64,000 bases of DNA, from positions 11,955-75,954 of the forward strand of contig CAYSZD010000004.1 in the NCBI GenBank assembly GCA_964435515.1, in the 5' to 3' direction. Below the pieces are notes generated by a model that made no database searches, was not told the DNA's origin, and saw nothing but the letters and a program-made list of their open reading frames with translations. Origin of the DNA: an uncultured Gammaproteobacteria bacterium. GTDB lineage: Bacteria > Patescibacteriota > Patescibacteriia > Patescibacteriales > UBA12465. Of this stretch, positions 32,601 through 42,601 are shown piece by piece. The position numbers were made by a program, and so were the translations under genes. Positions within the stretch are counted from its first letter, which is position 1. Each line of letters begins with the position of its first letter.

Positions 32601-33044
32601 ATGAAAAAAGCATTACTCTTCTTCTTATGTTTTTGTGGTCCATTAAGTGTTCTATATCTTTTTGGACAAAGCGTTGATAACCCCTTAGTTATTAGCCCCT
32701 CTGCTCTAGATCGCATTTATAACTATGAGCAATTAGACCCAACACAGGTTTATATGTTAATCTCATTTTTTGTGGTTTTTCTACTTATTTTGCTTTATAG
32801 CTATAAGTATGAAAAGAGTCGAGGCTTACTTATAGCTATGTCTGTCATTTCTTTTGTTGTGGCGATGATATTAGGTGCATTTAGCCTGACTTTTATTAGT
32901 CTTGTTTTTGCTTCTATGGCAGCCTTTTTTAGCTTAGCTTTTCTTAGATGCGCTATCTATAGGTTGTCAATAAAATTTGACTTAGCTGTGTATGTTATTT
33001 CTATAACCCTGGCTTTTATGGTCAGCTTAATAGAGCGTACTTAA
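32601..33044 (+). CDS. 4-TM membrane protein, unknown function
   Basis: 147-aa hydrophobic ORF with a terminator hairpin at ~33060-33095. Confidence 0.55.
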   Translation: MKKALLFFLCFCGPLSVLYLFGQSVDNPLVISPSALDRIYNYEQLDPTQVYMLISFFVVFLLILLYSYKYEKSRGLLIAMSVISFVVAMILGAFSLTFISLVFASMAAFFSLAFLRCAIYRLSIKFDLAVYVISITLAFMVSLIERT

Positions 33045-33150
33045 GAATCTTATTTAAAGAATTGCCTAGTTTAGCAGTTCTTTTTTATTTGCTAAATTTT
33101 TGTGCTATACTTTTTTCATCTTAATATTTATTTTTTAATATATTTATCCT

Positions 33151-33504
33151 ATGACCAATTTACATGAAGTGTTTAACAGGCTACAGAATAGCCAGAAAGA
33201 TCAAAGAGAGCTTAAAAAAATGTATCGTGAAGCCTTATCTGTTAACGCGCCATATCAAGAATTATTAAAAGAGTTAGATATTTTAAAAATTAAAAAGAAA
33301 CAAATAGAAGCTGGTGTGCAGGCTGATTTCCGAGAAGAATTTGATAAACTGGAAGGATTAAAATTAAATATTGCTGGTGATAAACAAATTTTGAGCGATA
33401 TTGCTTTAACTCAATTTACTAAAGGTGAAGAAGTAAAAGTTGTAGATGAGCATCAAGTAGAATATGAACCAATATTTAGTGTCAGGTTTCAAAAGATGAG
33501 ATAA
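33151..33504 (+). CDS. hypothetical coiled-coil protein (117 aa)
   Basis: Intact ORF with a charged, heptad-like sequence, followed by the bidirectional terminator. Confidence 0.5.
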   Translation: MTNLHEVFNRLQNSQKDQRELKKMYREALSVNAPYQELLKELDILKIKKKQIEAGVQADFREEFDKLEGLKLNIAGDKQILSDIALTQFTKGEEVKVVDEHQVEYEPIFSVRFQKMR

Positions 33505-33528
33505 GGTGTATTAAAGAATAAAAAAATA

Positions 33529-33562
33529 CCCCGAACACTTGCTTGTGTTCGGGGCTTTGTTT
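33529..33562. terminator. bidirectional terminator
   Basis: CCCCGAACAC (33529-33538) / GTGTTCGGGG (33545-33554) with A/T runs on both sides. Confidence 0.8.
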
Positions 33563-34407
33563 TATTTGCCTGCTAGATACAAAGTCTCGCGACAATTTTC
33601 CTTTATTGTTTTGAGGAGTAAATTGTATCCAGTGTATTCTTTTTTTGATTCAATTAGCATTAAGAAGTCCTTCATTTTTTTTATCTGGACTTTTAACATA
33701 TTGTCATCATAAGAAAGGCTGGTCAGCTTTTCTATGAGACTCAGAGCTAAGACTAACTCATTTTTCCAGATGATATGCTTTTTAATGTCTGAAATTGTGA
33801 TTAGCTCATGGAGCGGGGCGGAGACTATCTTTAATAACATTTGATCTTTCATTTCGCTAATTTCATTAGCGTTGTAAAGATACGTTATTGCCAGAATATC
33901 TGCCCATTTAGCAATCTGAGAAGATTGGATATTTTTCAGAGCTTGTTGGGCTCTAGCTTCTCTGATTGCTCTCTCATTTGTTTCTCTAATTAGAAGCTCT
34001 TTATGCAATTCGGAGCTTTTCTTTTCTTCTGCTTTTTTGTTTATAATTATAAAAATTATTTTTATAAGTATAATAGTAAAAGCTAAAAGAAGAAAAAGAA
34101 TAACTATTAAAGTATCGCTATGCTTTATTTGAGATAAAGCACTAGCAATACCAGCTAGTATTGGCAAGAAGACAGTAAACTTGATCCAATTTCTCCCCTT
34201 CGTCCATTTCTTGACGTAGAAATTGCGGAAGAGTCCCACCATTAAGGCGGTAAGAAGCGTTGTTGGTGCCCAGATTAAAGGGCTACCAAAATAGTATACT
34301 ATGCCAGTAATCATTATTACTGACAAGAGTATACTAAGAATAAGTATACTCTGATTCTTTTCTGCTCTGCGCGTAGCTGAGCTTTCTGCATTTTTTTTCA
34401 TTATCAT
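33562..34407 (-). CDS. membrane protein (4-5 TM) with C-terminal helical cytoplasmic domain, unknown function
   Basis: 281-aa ORF. The N-terminal half is hydrophobic and the C-terminal half is charged and helical. Confidence 0.55.
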   Translation of the reverse strand: MIMKKNAESSATRRAEKNQSILILSILLSVIMITGIVYYFGSPLIWAPTTLLTALMVGLFRNFYVKKWTKGRNWIKFTVFLPILAGIASALSQIKHSDTLIVILFLLLAFTIILIKIIFIIINKKAEEKKSSELHKELLIRETNERAIREARAQQALKNIQSSQIAKWADILAITYLYNANEISEMKDQMLLKIVSAPLHELITISDIKKHIIWKNELVLALSLIEKLTSLSYDDNMLKVQIKKMKDFLMLIESKKEYTGYNLLLKTIKENCRETLYLAGK

Positions 34408-34504
34408 TTAATTTTTAAAGAAATGAGCCATTCTTGTACATTTAGGTGTACATTGGTCGTCAACTGACGGCTTTTACTTGGAGCTCTTAAACCAAGATAA
34501 AGCT

Positions 34505-34571
34505 ATATTAGCACGATTATTAATAATTGTCAAGGTATATCATTGACAAATAAGTAAAACTATGATATAGT
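34505..34571. promoter_or_regulatory. back-to-back divergent sigma70-like promoters
   Basis: The -35 boxes form the inverted repeat TTGTCAA (34527-34533) / TTGACAA (34543-34549). Plus strand: TTGACA-N17-TATAGT (-10 at 34566-34571). Minus strand: TTGACA-N17-TAATAT (-10 = 34505-34510). Confidence 0.55.
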
Positions 34572-34652
34572 ACAAAGTTGTCTCAATTTACAATCTTGTA
34601 AGTTGAACCAACATAAACAGAACATTAACATTAACTTAAAACCCAAATAATC

Positions 34653-35132
34653 ATGAAAAAAGTGATCGTTATGGCTATCGCGATAGTCGTTATTTTTGCC
34701 TCTTGTGGGCATAAGAGTAATAATTTAATTGGTGATTTTAAGGTCATCAAAAAAATTAAAACTTCTAAATACTATGACCGCGGTGCTCTTATTATGGCGT
34801 CCAAATTAAAGGACACCATCAGGGTTAACGTTGACCTGGAAGAGCATTATCTTCAGGTCAGAATAAACGACATTCTTCCGGTAAGGAAGGATGAATTTAA
34901 TAATCTTGTTTTGTCTCAAAGAAAAAGAAGGGGAGTTGTGGGAGATTCAAGGGTGATCGAGAAATATTCGTATCACCAAAAAGTATATTGTCGGGTAATC
35001 ACTCGAGGGGGTGACACTATAGTTGCCCAAGTGAATGAGGTTATTTATTATAATGTTTCTGTTAATGACAAAATATTTGTCAAAAAAAACAGAGGCATTA
35101 AAAAAGGTCAACCCAAGTATTATGTTGAGTAA
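34653..35132 (+). CDS. lipoprotein, unknown function
   Basis: MKKVIVMAIAIVVIFASC carries a lipobox (F-A-S-C). The mature part is a basic beta-rich region. Confidence 0.55.
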   Translation: MKKVIVMAIAIVVIFASCGHKSNNLIGDFKVIKKIKTSKYYDRGALIMASKLKDTIRVNVDLEEHYLQVRINDILPVRKDEFNNLVLSQRKRRGVVGDSRVIEKYSYHQKVYCRVITRGGDTIVAQVNEVIYYNVSVNDKIFVKKNRGIKKGQPKYYVE

Positions 35133-35242
35133 GAAAGGGTAGGGCCTTAAAGATGATTTTGGTATTACACCGGAATCATCTTTTTTAATTTTCATTAGTA
35201 ATTTAGTATACAAAAAAAGACTTGTTAAAAGTCTTTTTTATG

Positions 35243-35326
35243 TGCCGCGAGAGGGGATCGAACCCTCACGAAGTTACCCTCACACGAGTTTGAGTCGTGC
35301 GCGTCTACCAGTTCCGCCACCGCGGC
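35243..35326 (-). tRNA. tRNA-Leu (anticodon CAA), class II with long variable arm
   Basis: Revcomp is GCCGCGGTGGCGGAACTGGTAGACGCGCACGACTCAAACTCGTGTGAGGGTAACTTCGTGAGGGTTCGATCCCCTCTCGCGGCA. The anticodon loop is CT-CAA-AC, the T-loop is GGTTCGATCC, and the acceptor stem has 7 bp. Confidence 0.9.
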
Positions 35327-35457
35327 TAATGTTCTTTACGAATTTTAGTATAATAAAGAAAAACTTAATTGTCAAAGCATTTTATTTAAGATATAATAAT
35401 ATTATTAAGACTGATTTAGCTTATTTTTTTATTAATTTTTTTGATTATTGTTCTAAT

Positions 35458-36222
35458 ATGGCTCAAATTATTGCTGTTGTAAATCAAAAAGGTGGAGTGG
35501 GCAAAACAACCACTAGTCTCAATTTAGGTGCCTATTTAGCTTCTTTAGGAAAAGAGGTTTTACTTGTAGATCTTGATCCTCAGGCTAATGCTACTTCTGG
35601 ATTAGGTATTGAGCATCAAAAATTGGAGGCGGGTTTATATGAAGCTCTGTTAGGACAAAAAACAATTAAGGAGGTTATTTGTAAATCAAAGCAAGAAAGA
35701 TATAGCGTGGCTCCAGCGACAGTAGCTTTAGCAGGAGCTGGTATAGAATTAGTATCTTTAGAAAATAGAGAATTTCGTTTAGCCTTATTACTAGAAGAGT
35801 TAAGGAATGATTATGACTATATAATTATTGATGGCCCGCCTTCACTGGGTCTTCTAACTGTTAATAGTTTAGTGGCGGCTGATTCTATCCTTATTCCTAT
35901 TCAAAGCGAATACTATGCCTTAGAGGGCTTAGGACAGCTGCTGGAAACTATTAAACTAGTACAGGATAATTTAAAACCATCTCTAGAAATTTTAGGAGCA
36001 GTGGTCACAATGTTTGATCGTCGTAATAAATTGTCTGGAGCTGTTTTAGATGAACTCAATAAATTTTTTCCTGCGAAAGTATTTAATTCAATTATTCCTC
36101 GTAGTGTGAAGTTAGCTGAAGCTCCTAGTCATGGAATGAGTATTCTTCATTACGATCCTCGTTCCCGTGGTGCTTTAGCCTATGAGTCTTTAGCTAAGGA
36201 GATAATTGCTTTAACAAAATAA
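35458..36222 (+). CDS. parA: chromosome partitioning ATPase ParA/Soj
   Basis: MAQIIAVVNQKGGVGKTT is a deviant Walker A motif. The track ORF start at 35242 runs through the tRNA and is rejected. Confidence 0.9.
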   Translation: MAQIIAVVNQKGGVGKTTTSLNLGAYLASLGKEVLLVDLDPQANATSGLGIEHQKLEAGLYEALLGQKTIKEVICKSKQERYSVAPATVALAGAGIELVSLENREFRLALLLEELRNDYDYIIIDGPPSLGLLTVNSLVAADSILIPIQSEYYALEGLGQLLETIKLVQDNLKPSLEILGAVVTMFDRRNKLSGAVLDELNKFFPAKVFNSIIPRSVKLAEAPSHGMSILHYDPRSRGALAYESLAKEIIALTK

Positions 36223-36232
36223 TTTTTTACAT

Positions 36233-37105
36233 ATGTCACAAACTTTAGGGAGGGGCTTAGGCTCTCTTATTCCCAAAAAAACATTAGACACTCAAATTAA
36301 AGCTACCCCTCTTGTTGCTGAAGCTTTGAAAGATGATGAGCGTATTTTTCAAATTGACCCAGCTTTAATTGAGGTAAATCCCTATCAGCCTAGACATAAT
36401 TTTAGTGAAATATCGCTACAAGAATTAGTTGATTCTATTAAAGAGCATGGTATCATGCAACCTTTAGTAGTAACTAGACAAGGTGACAGATATCAATTAA
36501 TTGCTGGAGAAAGGCGATTACGTAGTGCTGTGATAGCTAAGTTAAAAACAGTTCCAGTAATTATTAGAGAGGCAAGCGAACAGAAAAAATTAGAGTTAGC
36601 TTTGATTGAGAATGTTCAGCGTCAAAATTTAGATGCAGTGGAAACTGCTCGTGCCTATCGTCGTTTAATGGATGAATTTAACTTGAGTCAAGAAGCGACT
36701 GCTAAAAGAGTTGGTAAAGCTCGTTCAAGTGTAGCTAATATTTTAAGATTATTAGAGCTACCAGAAGAAATTCAAAGAGCTTTAAGTTCTGGACGTATTA
36801 GTGAGGCTCACGCTAAATACTTACTTGGTATTGAAGGAGAAACAAAACAACTTATTCTATTTAAAAAAATACTCCATCAAAACTTATCTGTGGCTCAGAC
36901 TTATGAAGAAACTAAGCGTTTAGGGGGAACAAAAATGGCTCAAGTAGTGATAAATTATGCTGATCAAGACAGAGAAAAGCAATTACGTAGTTTTTTTGGC
37001 ACAAAAGCCAAGATTATTCGCTCTAAAAAGGGTGGTCGTATAGTTTTAGATTTCTATAGTGATGGAGAACTTGATAATATAATGGAGAAATTAGGGGATG
37101 ATTAG
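36233..37105 (+). CDS. parB: chromosome partitioning protein ParB/Spo0J
   Basis: LGRGLGSLI, the ParB box QPLVV...YQLIAGERRLRSA, and the HTH SQEATAKRVGKARSSVANILRLL. Confidence 0.9.
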   Translation: MSQTLGRGLGSLIPKKTLDTQIKATPLVAEALKDDERIFQIDPALIEVNPYQPRHNFSEISLQELVDSIKEHGIMQPLVVTRQGDRYQLIAGERRLRSAVIAKLKTVPVIIREASEQKKLELALIENVQRQNLDAVETARAYRRLMDEFNLSQEATAKRVGKARSSVANILRLLELPEEIQRALSSGRISEAHAKYLLGIEGETKQLILFKKILHQNLSVAQTYEETKRLGGTKMAQVVINYADQDREKQLRSFFGTKAKIIRSKKGGRIVLDFYSDGELDNIMEKLGDD

Positions 37106-37131
37106 TATTCATTAGATTTATTTTGTTTTTA

Positions 37132-37158
37132 AAAAGAGGAAAATTATTCCTCTTTTTT
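37132..37158 (+). terminator. rho-independent terminator after parB
   Basis: AAGAGGA / TCCTCTT stem followed by a T-run. Confidence 0.75.
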
Positions 37159-37257
37159 AAGAGATAGGGAAGAAAATGGCTTCTTTGTCTAGATTGCGAT
37201 AGTCTTATAAAATTGTTATAGTTGAAACATAAAAAAACTATTATTTTTAGATAAATC

Positions 37258-40200
37258 ATGTTTATTCATTTGCACAATCATAGTCATTACTCCTTGCTCG
37301 ATGGTCTTACTAAAATTGACGATCTAGTTGCGCGTGCTAAAGAAGAAGGAGCGCCAGCGATTGCCTTAACAGATCATGGCGTTTTATATGGTGCTATTGA
37401 ATTTTATCAAAAAGCTAAAAAAGCAGGAATAAAGCCAATAATTGGTTTTGAGGCTTATTTAGCACCGCATTCTAGATTTGATAAACATACTAGAGAAGAT
37501 GGTCGTAGTTTTCATTTATTATTACTAGCAAAAAATAATGTTGGTTATAGTAATTTAATTAAATTGGTATCTTCAGCACATCTTGAAGGCTTCTATTACA
37601 AGCCTCGTATAGATTGGGAGTTATTAAAAGAGCATCATGAAGGCATTATTGCTTTAAGTGCATGCTTAGGTGGAGAAATTCCTCAACTTATTCTACAAGG
37701 AAATTTAGATAAGGCTAGAATAAGAATTAAAGAATACGCTGAGCTTTTTGGTCCTGATAACTATTATCTTGAAATAATGGATCATCCTGAACTTGAGGGT
37801 CAGGCTAAGGTAAATGAACAATTAATTAAATTTTCTAAAGAATTAGGAGTTCCGCTGGTAGCAACTAATGACTCTCATTATGTTCGACCAGAAGACGCAG
37901 AAGCACAAGATATTCTATTGTGTCTACAGAATAAAAAGAAGATTGAAGATACTGATAGAATGAAAATGATTGGTTTTGGAGATTATTCTATTAGACCAAT
38001 TGCTGAAATGAAAAAAGTTTTTGCTTATGTCCCTGAAGCAATAACTAATACCCTTAAAATTGCGGAAATGTGTAATGTTGAAATTTCTTTAGGAGAAACA
38101 CAGTTACCTCATTTTGAAGTACCTGATTCTTATGACGGCAATTCTTATCTGCTTCATTTATGCGAAGTGGGTTTAGAAAAAAAATATGGGCTTATTAAAA
38201 AGGGCGATGATTATATTTTAAAAGAGGGAATAGTTGATATTGCTCATGGACTTAGCAAAGAACAGATTATTGAAAGACTTCATTATGAGCTTAGTGTTAT
38301 TGCTAAAATGGGATGGCCAGCATATTTCTTAATTGTAGCTGATTTTGTTAATTGGTCTAAAGATAATAAAATCGTGGTTGGTCCTGGTAGAGGTAGCGCG
38401 GCTGGTTCTCTGGTTTGTTATTTAACCGGTATTACTAATCTAGATCCATTGCACTATGATTTACTCTTTGAAAGATTTCTAAATCCAGATCGTGTTTCTA
38501 TGCCTGATATTGATATGGATTTTGCTGATGCTCGCCGGGCTGATGTTTTAGATTATGTAGCGGAAAAATATGGGCATGACCACGTAGCGCAAATTATTAC
38601 TTTTGGTACTATGGCTGCTAGAGCAGCAGTGCGTGATGTCGGTAGAGTCTTGGGAGCCCCTTATGATTATTGCGATAGGATTTCTAAAAGCATTCCCATG
38701 TTCACTTCTTTAGATAAAGCAATAAAAGAGGTGCCGGAGGTAAAAGAAATATACAATAACGAGGCTGAGGGCAAGAGAATATTGGACTATGCTCGTCGCT
38801 TGGAAGGTGTGGCTCGTCATAGCTCTACTCATGCTTGTGGCGTTTTAATTACTCCTAAACCTTTAACAGAATACGTACCTATTCAATACGCATCTTCTTC
38901 TGACAAAACAATTGTTTCTCAATATTCTCTTCATCCAGTTGAAGATTTAGGTCTCTTAAAAATGGATTTTTTAGGTTTAAAGAACCTAACTATTATGGAG
39001 TCAGCATTGAGGATTATTAAAAAAACTAGGGGCATAGAGCTTGATTTAGATAATTTGCCGCTTGATGATAAAGATACCTATAAACTATTTCAAAAAGCGG
39101 AAACAACTGGTGTCTTTCAATTTGAATCTTCTGGTATGAAGCGTTATTTAAGAGAATTAAAGCCTAATCAATTTGAAGATATTATTGCCATGGTAGCCTT
39201 ATATCGTCCTGGTCCAATGGAATGGATCCCTGATTATATAAGAGGTAAACATGATCATAAAAAAGTATCATATATACATCCAAAATTAGAGCCCATTTTA
39301 GCGCGTACTTATGGGGTGGCTATTTATCAGGAACAAGTAATGCAAATTGCGCGTTCTTTAGCTGGTTTTACTCCTGGTGATGCCGATGTTTTGCGCAAAG
39401 CCATGGGTAAGAAGATCGCCTCTTTGCTAGCTGAACAAAAAGTTAAGTTCATAGATGGTTGTGTGAAAAATGGCATTCATAAAGAATTAGCTGAACAGGT
39501 ATTTGCTTTTATTGAGCCTTTTGCTGGATATGGTTTTAATCGTAGTCATGCTGCCTGTTATGCCATGATTGGCTATCAAACAGCTTATCTCAAAGCTCAT
39601 TGGCCAGTTGAATTCATGGCAGCCCTTTTAAGCTCGGATCAGCATGATAGTGATCGTGTGGCTATTGAGATAGAAGAGTGTCGCGCTATGGGTTTAAAAG
39701 TTATGGCGCCAGATATCAATGAATCTTTTGACTCCTTTACCGTAGTTACGGCTGGAACTAAGGAAAACAAAGCAGTGGATATTAAAGCTAAAGTTGATAC
39801 AATTCGTTTTGGTTTAAATGCTATCAAAAATGTTGGTGAAAATATTGTTAGTGTAATAATTAAAGAAAGAAAAGAGCACGGACCATATAAAGATGTTTTC
39901 GATTTATTGGAAAGAATAAATGATAAGGATTTAAATAAAAAATCTTTAGAAAGCCTGATTAAAAGTGGAGCCCTAGAGAGCTTTGCTTCTCGTTCGTTAT
40001 TACTTTTTAACTTAGAAAAGTTATTATATTTTAATCGAGATGTTTCTAAAGAGCAGTCTAGCGGACAAACAAGTCTGTTTGCTGCCTCGGCTCAATTGGC
40101 CAGTCTTTCTCGTCCCAATTTAGATGAAGCACCTGAAGTTCCTGAATTAGAACGCTTGTCTTGGGAAAAAGATTTACTGGGTCTTTATATTACTGGTAAT

Positions 40201-40914
40201 CCTTTATCAAGTTTTGATCATTATTTAAAAGCCTTTGCTGTACCACTTTTTCAATTAAATTCTAAACGTGGCGATGATTATATCGTCATAGCTGGGGTAA
40301 TTACTAATATCAAGAAGATTGTGACTAGAAAAGGAGAAACGATGATTTTTGTAAAAATTGAAGATAAAAGTGGCAGTGTAGAGTTATTAGTTTTTCCGCG
40401 TACTTATAAAGAATCTTTAGAGATTTGGGAAGATTCTAATATTATTATTGCTCGAGGAAAATTATCAGAAAAAGATCAGGAGCTTAAATTTTTAGTTGAC
40501 TACGCCGCTAAGTTAGATGCTGATAGTCCTCAGGAATCACTTGATAATTTTAAGCGTAAAATTTTAGAAATGAAGCCAATAAAAAGATGGCAAAGTAAAG
40601 AGAAAGCTAATTTTAATCAGCCAGTAAAAACGGTAGAAGAAAAAATTGAAGAAAAGAAAATAGAAATTTTAAAGGAACCAGCTTTGCGTATTGCCTTTAA
40701 AAATACACCTAATGATAAAGAACAATTAGTTTTAAAAGATATCATCGCTTCTTATCCTGGAGAAAATCCAGTTTATTTTAGATTAATTGATGGCAGTCAG
40801 GATAAGGTTATTAAAATAGCAGCCACGGTAAATAATTCTGCAGAGTTAAGGCAGAAACTAAGAGAACAATTAAAAGCTATTGCTCAAATTATTGAGCCTG
40901 ATAAAACCGAATAA
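37258..40914 (+). CDS. dnaE: DNA polymerase III alpha subunit
   Basis: PHP domain (FIHLHNHSHYSLLDG), palm/fingers (PDIDMDF, FESSGM, YRPGPM), and an OB-fold C-terminus. 1218 aa. Confidence 0.95.
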   Translation: MFIHLHNHSHYSLLDGLTKIDDLVARAKEEGAPAIALTDHGVLYGAIEFYQKAKKAGIKPIIGFEAYLAPHSRFDKHTREDGRSFHLLLLAKNNVGYSNLIKLVSSAHLEGFYYKPRIDWELLKEHHEGIIALSACLGGEIPQLILQGNLDKARIRIKEYAELFGPDNYYLEIMDHPELEGQAKVNEQLIKFSKELGVPLVATNDSHYVRPEDAEAQDILLCLQNKKKIEDTDRMKMIGFGDYSIRPIAEMKKVFAYVPEAITNTLKIAEMCNVEISLGETQLPHFEVPDSYDGNSYLLHLCEVGLEKKYGLIKKGDDYILKEGIVDIAHGLSKEQIIERLHYELSVIAKMGWPAYFLIVADFVNWSKDNKIVVGPGRGSAAGSLVCYLTGITNLDPLHYDLLFERFLNPDRVSMPDIDMDFADARRADVLDYVAEKYGHDHVAQIITFGTMAARAAVRDVGRVLGAPYDYCDRISKSIPMFTSLDKAIKEVPEVKEIYNNEAEGKRILDYARRLEGVARHSSTHACGVLITPKPLTEYVPIQYASSSDKTIVSQYSLHPVEDLGLLKMDFLGLKNLTIMESALRIIKKTRGIELDLDNLPLDDKDTYKLFQKAETTGVFQFESSGMKRYLRELKPNQFEDIIAMVALYRPGPMEWIPDYIRGKHDHKKVSYIHPKLEPILARTYGVAIYQEQVMQIARSLAGFTPGDADVLRKAMGKKIASLLAEQKVKFIDGCVKNGIHKELAEQVFAFIEPFAGYGFNRSHAACYAMIGYQTAYLKAHWPVEFMAALLSSDQHDSDRVAIEIEECRAMGLKVMAPDINESFDSFTVVTAGTKENKAVDIKAKVDTIRFGLNAIKNVGENIVSVIIKERKEHGPYKDVFDLLERINDKDLNKKSLESLIKSGALESFASRSLLLFNLEKLLYFNRDVSKEQSSGQTSLFAASAQLASLSRPNLDEAPEVPELERLSWEKDLLGLYITGNPLSSFDHYLKAFAVPLFQLNSKRGDDYIVIAGVITNIKKIVTRKGETMIFVKIEDKSGSVELLVFPRTYKESLEIWEDSNIIIARGKLSEKDQELKFLVDYAAKLDADSPQESLDNFKRKILEMKPIKRWQSKEKANFNQPVKTVEEKIEEKKIEILKEPALRIAFKNTPNDKEQLVLKDIIASYPGENPVYFRLIDGSQDKVIKIAATVNNSAELRQKLREQLKAIAQIIEPDKTE

Positions 40915-41041
40915 AAGATAATGTCTATTTTTTATTGTGAGCTATTCAAAAATCTGTTATAATACAAAATATAAAATAATTATAAAAATGATTTTATTTT
41001 CTCATTAGTATTAGTCCGGCTTGTCCGGAGGAAACAAGCTT

Positions 41042-42526
41042 ATGCCTAAAACAAAAAAAGAGGAGGAGAAGAAGAAAACAAAAATAAAAAAAAGTTCAAC
41101 TAAAAAAACTTCTTCAAAAACCAGCTCTAAAAAAAGTTCAACTAAAAAAACCTCAGCTCCAATAGGAGCACAAGCTATTACTATTGATGTTATAGCTGAC
41201 AATGAGGATGTTTTATTTCAAGAGCCAATAGAAGAAGAAATGGAAGCAGTAGAGGATCGAGATAATTTAGATGTGCAAAAAAAATTCTTTTCTGATTTAG
41301 TAGCTGAAATGAAAGACAAAAAAGAGAATCGTGATTTACCTTTAAGAGCTGATATTGATTTTAGTGAACCTAGACCTAAGACTGCTCCGCGTAAGTCATT
41401 GCGTTTATATCGTCGCATGGCCTTACAGTCAATTGTCTTAACGCTTTTTCTGCTATTAGTGGTAGGCTATTTTTTAGTGCCTAGTTTAAAAATAGCTATT
41501 CGTCCTAATTTTGAAGCTGTGGCCGATAGTCTTTCATTTAGAGTTTCTAGTGAAGATACTAAAGTAGACAGCGTGATAGCTTCAAGTTCTCGTAATCTTC
41601 AGGGTAGCTTAGTAGTCATTCCTATCAGCGCTGAAAAAGTATATGAAGCAAAAGGTGAAGAGGTTTTAGGTGAAGAGGTTGTTGGTAAAGTGACGCTACA
41701 CAATGAATATAATCGTGATCAACCTCTAGTGATTAATACTCGTTTATTAAGTGAAGATAATAAGTTATTTCGTTTAACTGAATCTGTTAATATTCCTGCT
41801 AACTCGACTATCACAGCGGCTGTTTATGCTGATCAGCCTAGTCAGGAAATGGCTATTGGTGCTAGTCGTTTCAGTATTCCTGGTTTATGGCTAGGTCTTC
41901 AGGATAGAATTTATGCTACTAGTGAAAGTAATTTTGAATACAGACATCAAGTTAAAAGTTATGTTAAGCAGAGTGATCTTGATCAGGCAATGATCGATAT
42001 AAAAAATGTTTTAATTGAAAAGTCAGAACAAAATATTAAAAGTTTAGAAGCTGGTGGCGAGCAAATTGCTTATTTGCTTGATAATAATAGTATAGAAATT
42101 GAATTAGGAGCTAAATTAGGAGAAGAGGTAAATAGTTTTACAGTATCAGCTAAAAATAATTTAATAGTAGCTAGTTTTTCCAAGGAACAAGCAGAGGCTT
42201 TAGTAAAAGCAAAATTATCTTTTCTATTACCCGAAGATAAGCGATTAAGTGATTTTCAAACATCTTCCATTATTTATCGCCTAGAAGCTTATGATGAAGA
42301 TGATAATAGTGCTAGTGTTAGTGCTTCTTTTAAAGCTAATATGTCTCTTAGAACGGATGCAGATATTATTGATAGAAAACAATTAGTTGGTTTAAATCAA
42401 GAACAGATAGCTGAGTATTTACGTTCTTTTGCAGAAATAGATTCCTATCGTTTAGAGTTTTTCCCTAGTTTTATTAAATCAGCTCCTATATTACCTGATA
42501 GAATAAAGGTAGAAGTAATGGAATAA
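41042..42526 (+). CDS. membrane-anchored protein with Lys/Ser/Thr-rich N-terminus, unknown function
   Basis: SD GGAGGA is 9 nt before the ATG at 41042. It has a basic low-complexity head, one TM helix (ALQSIVLTLFLLLVVGYFLV) and a ~350-aa extracytoplasmic part. Confidence 0.6.
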   Translation: MPKTKKEEEKKKTKIKKSSTKKTSSKTSSKKSSTKKTSAPIGAQAITIDVIADNEDVLFQEPIEEEMEAVEDRDNLDVQKKFFSDLVAEMKDKKENRDLPLRADIDFSEPRPKTAPRKSLRLYRRMALQSIVLTLFLLLVVGYFLVPSLKIAIRPNFEAVADSLSFRVSSEDTKVDSVIASSSRNLQGSLVVIPISAEKVYEAKGEEVLGEEVVGKVTLHNEYNRDQPLVINTRLLSEDNKLFRLTESVNIPANSTITAAVYADQPSQEMAIGASRFSIPGLWLGLQDRIYATSESNFEYRHQVKSYVKQSDLDQAMIDIKNVLIEKSEQNIKSLEAGGEQIAYLLDNNSIEIELGAKLGEEVNSFTVSAKNNLIVASFSKEQAEALVKAKLSFLLPEDKRLSDFQTSSIIYRLEAYDEDDNSASVSASFKANMSLRTDADIIDRKQLVGLNQEQIAEYLRSFAEIDSYRLEFFPSFIKSAPILPDRIKVEVME

Positions 42527-42547
42527 ATATTAAGAGTAATTAGTATT

Positions 42548-42575
42548 AAAAAAGATGTCTAAGACATCTTTTTTG
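42548..42575. terminator. bidirectional terminator between convergent genes
   Basis: AAAAAAGATGTCT-AAGACATCTTTTTT palindrome. Confidence 0.8.
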
Positions 42576-42601
42576 TTTATAGAAATTTATTCCTTACTTT
42601 T

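Noticed and set aside
32456-35326. Integrated mobile element at tRNA-Leu.
   Set aside because: There is no integrase, recombinase or transposase. I could find no direct repeat of the tRNA 3' end (GCCGCGAGAGGGGATCGAACC) at the mnmA-side boundary. Only the weaker accessory-cluster reading is retained.
35242-35457. 5' extension of the parA ORF (track start 35242).
   Set aside because: The extension runs straight through the tRNA-Leu gene on the opposite strand and an AT-rich promoter region. ParA homologues start at MAQIIAVVNQKGG (35458). Similar upstream extensions were trimmed for 966, 1805, 2622, 3833, 5324, 13240, 41021, 46268, 53110, 53604, 60744 and 62094.
41086-41150. 23-nt perfect direct repeat AAAAAAAGTTCAACTAAAAAAAC (41086-41108 and 41128-41150).
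   Set aside because: It lies inside the Lys/Ser/Thr-rich low-complexity head of the 41042 gene, offset by 42 nt and in frame (the KSSTKKT repeat). It is a coding low-complexity duplication rather than a regulatory or mobile repeat.
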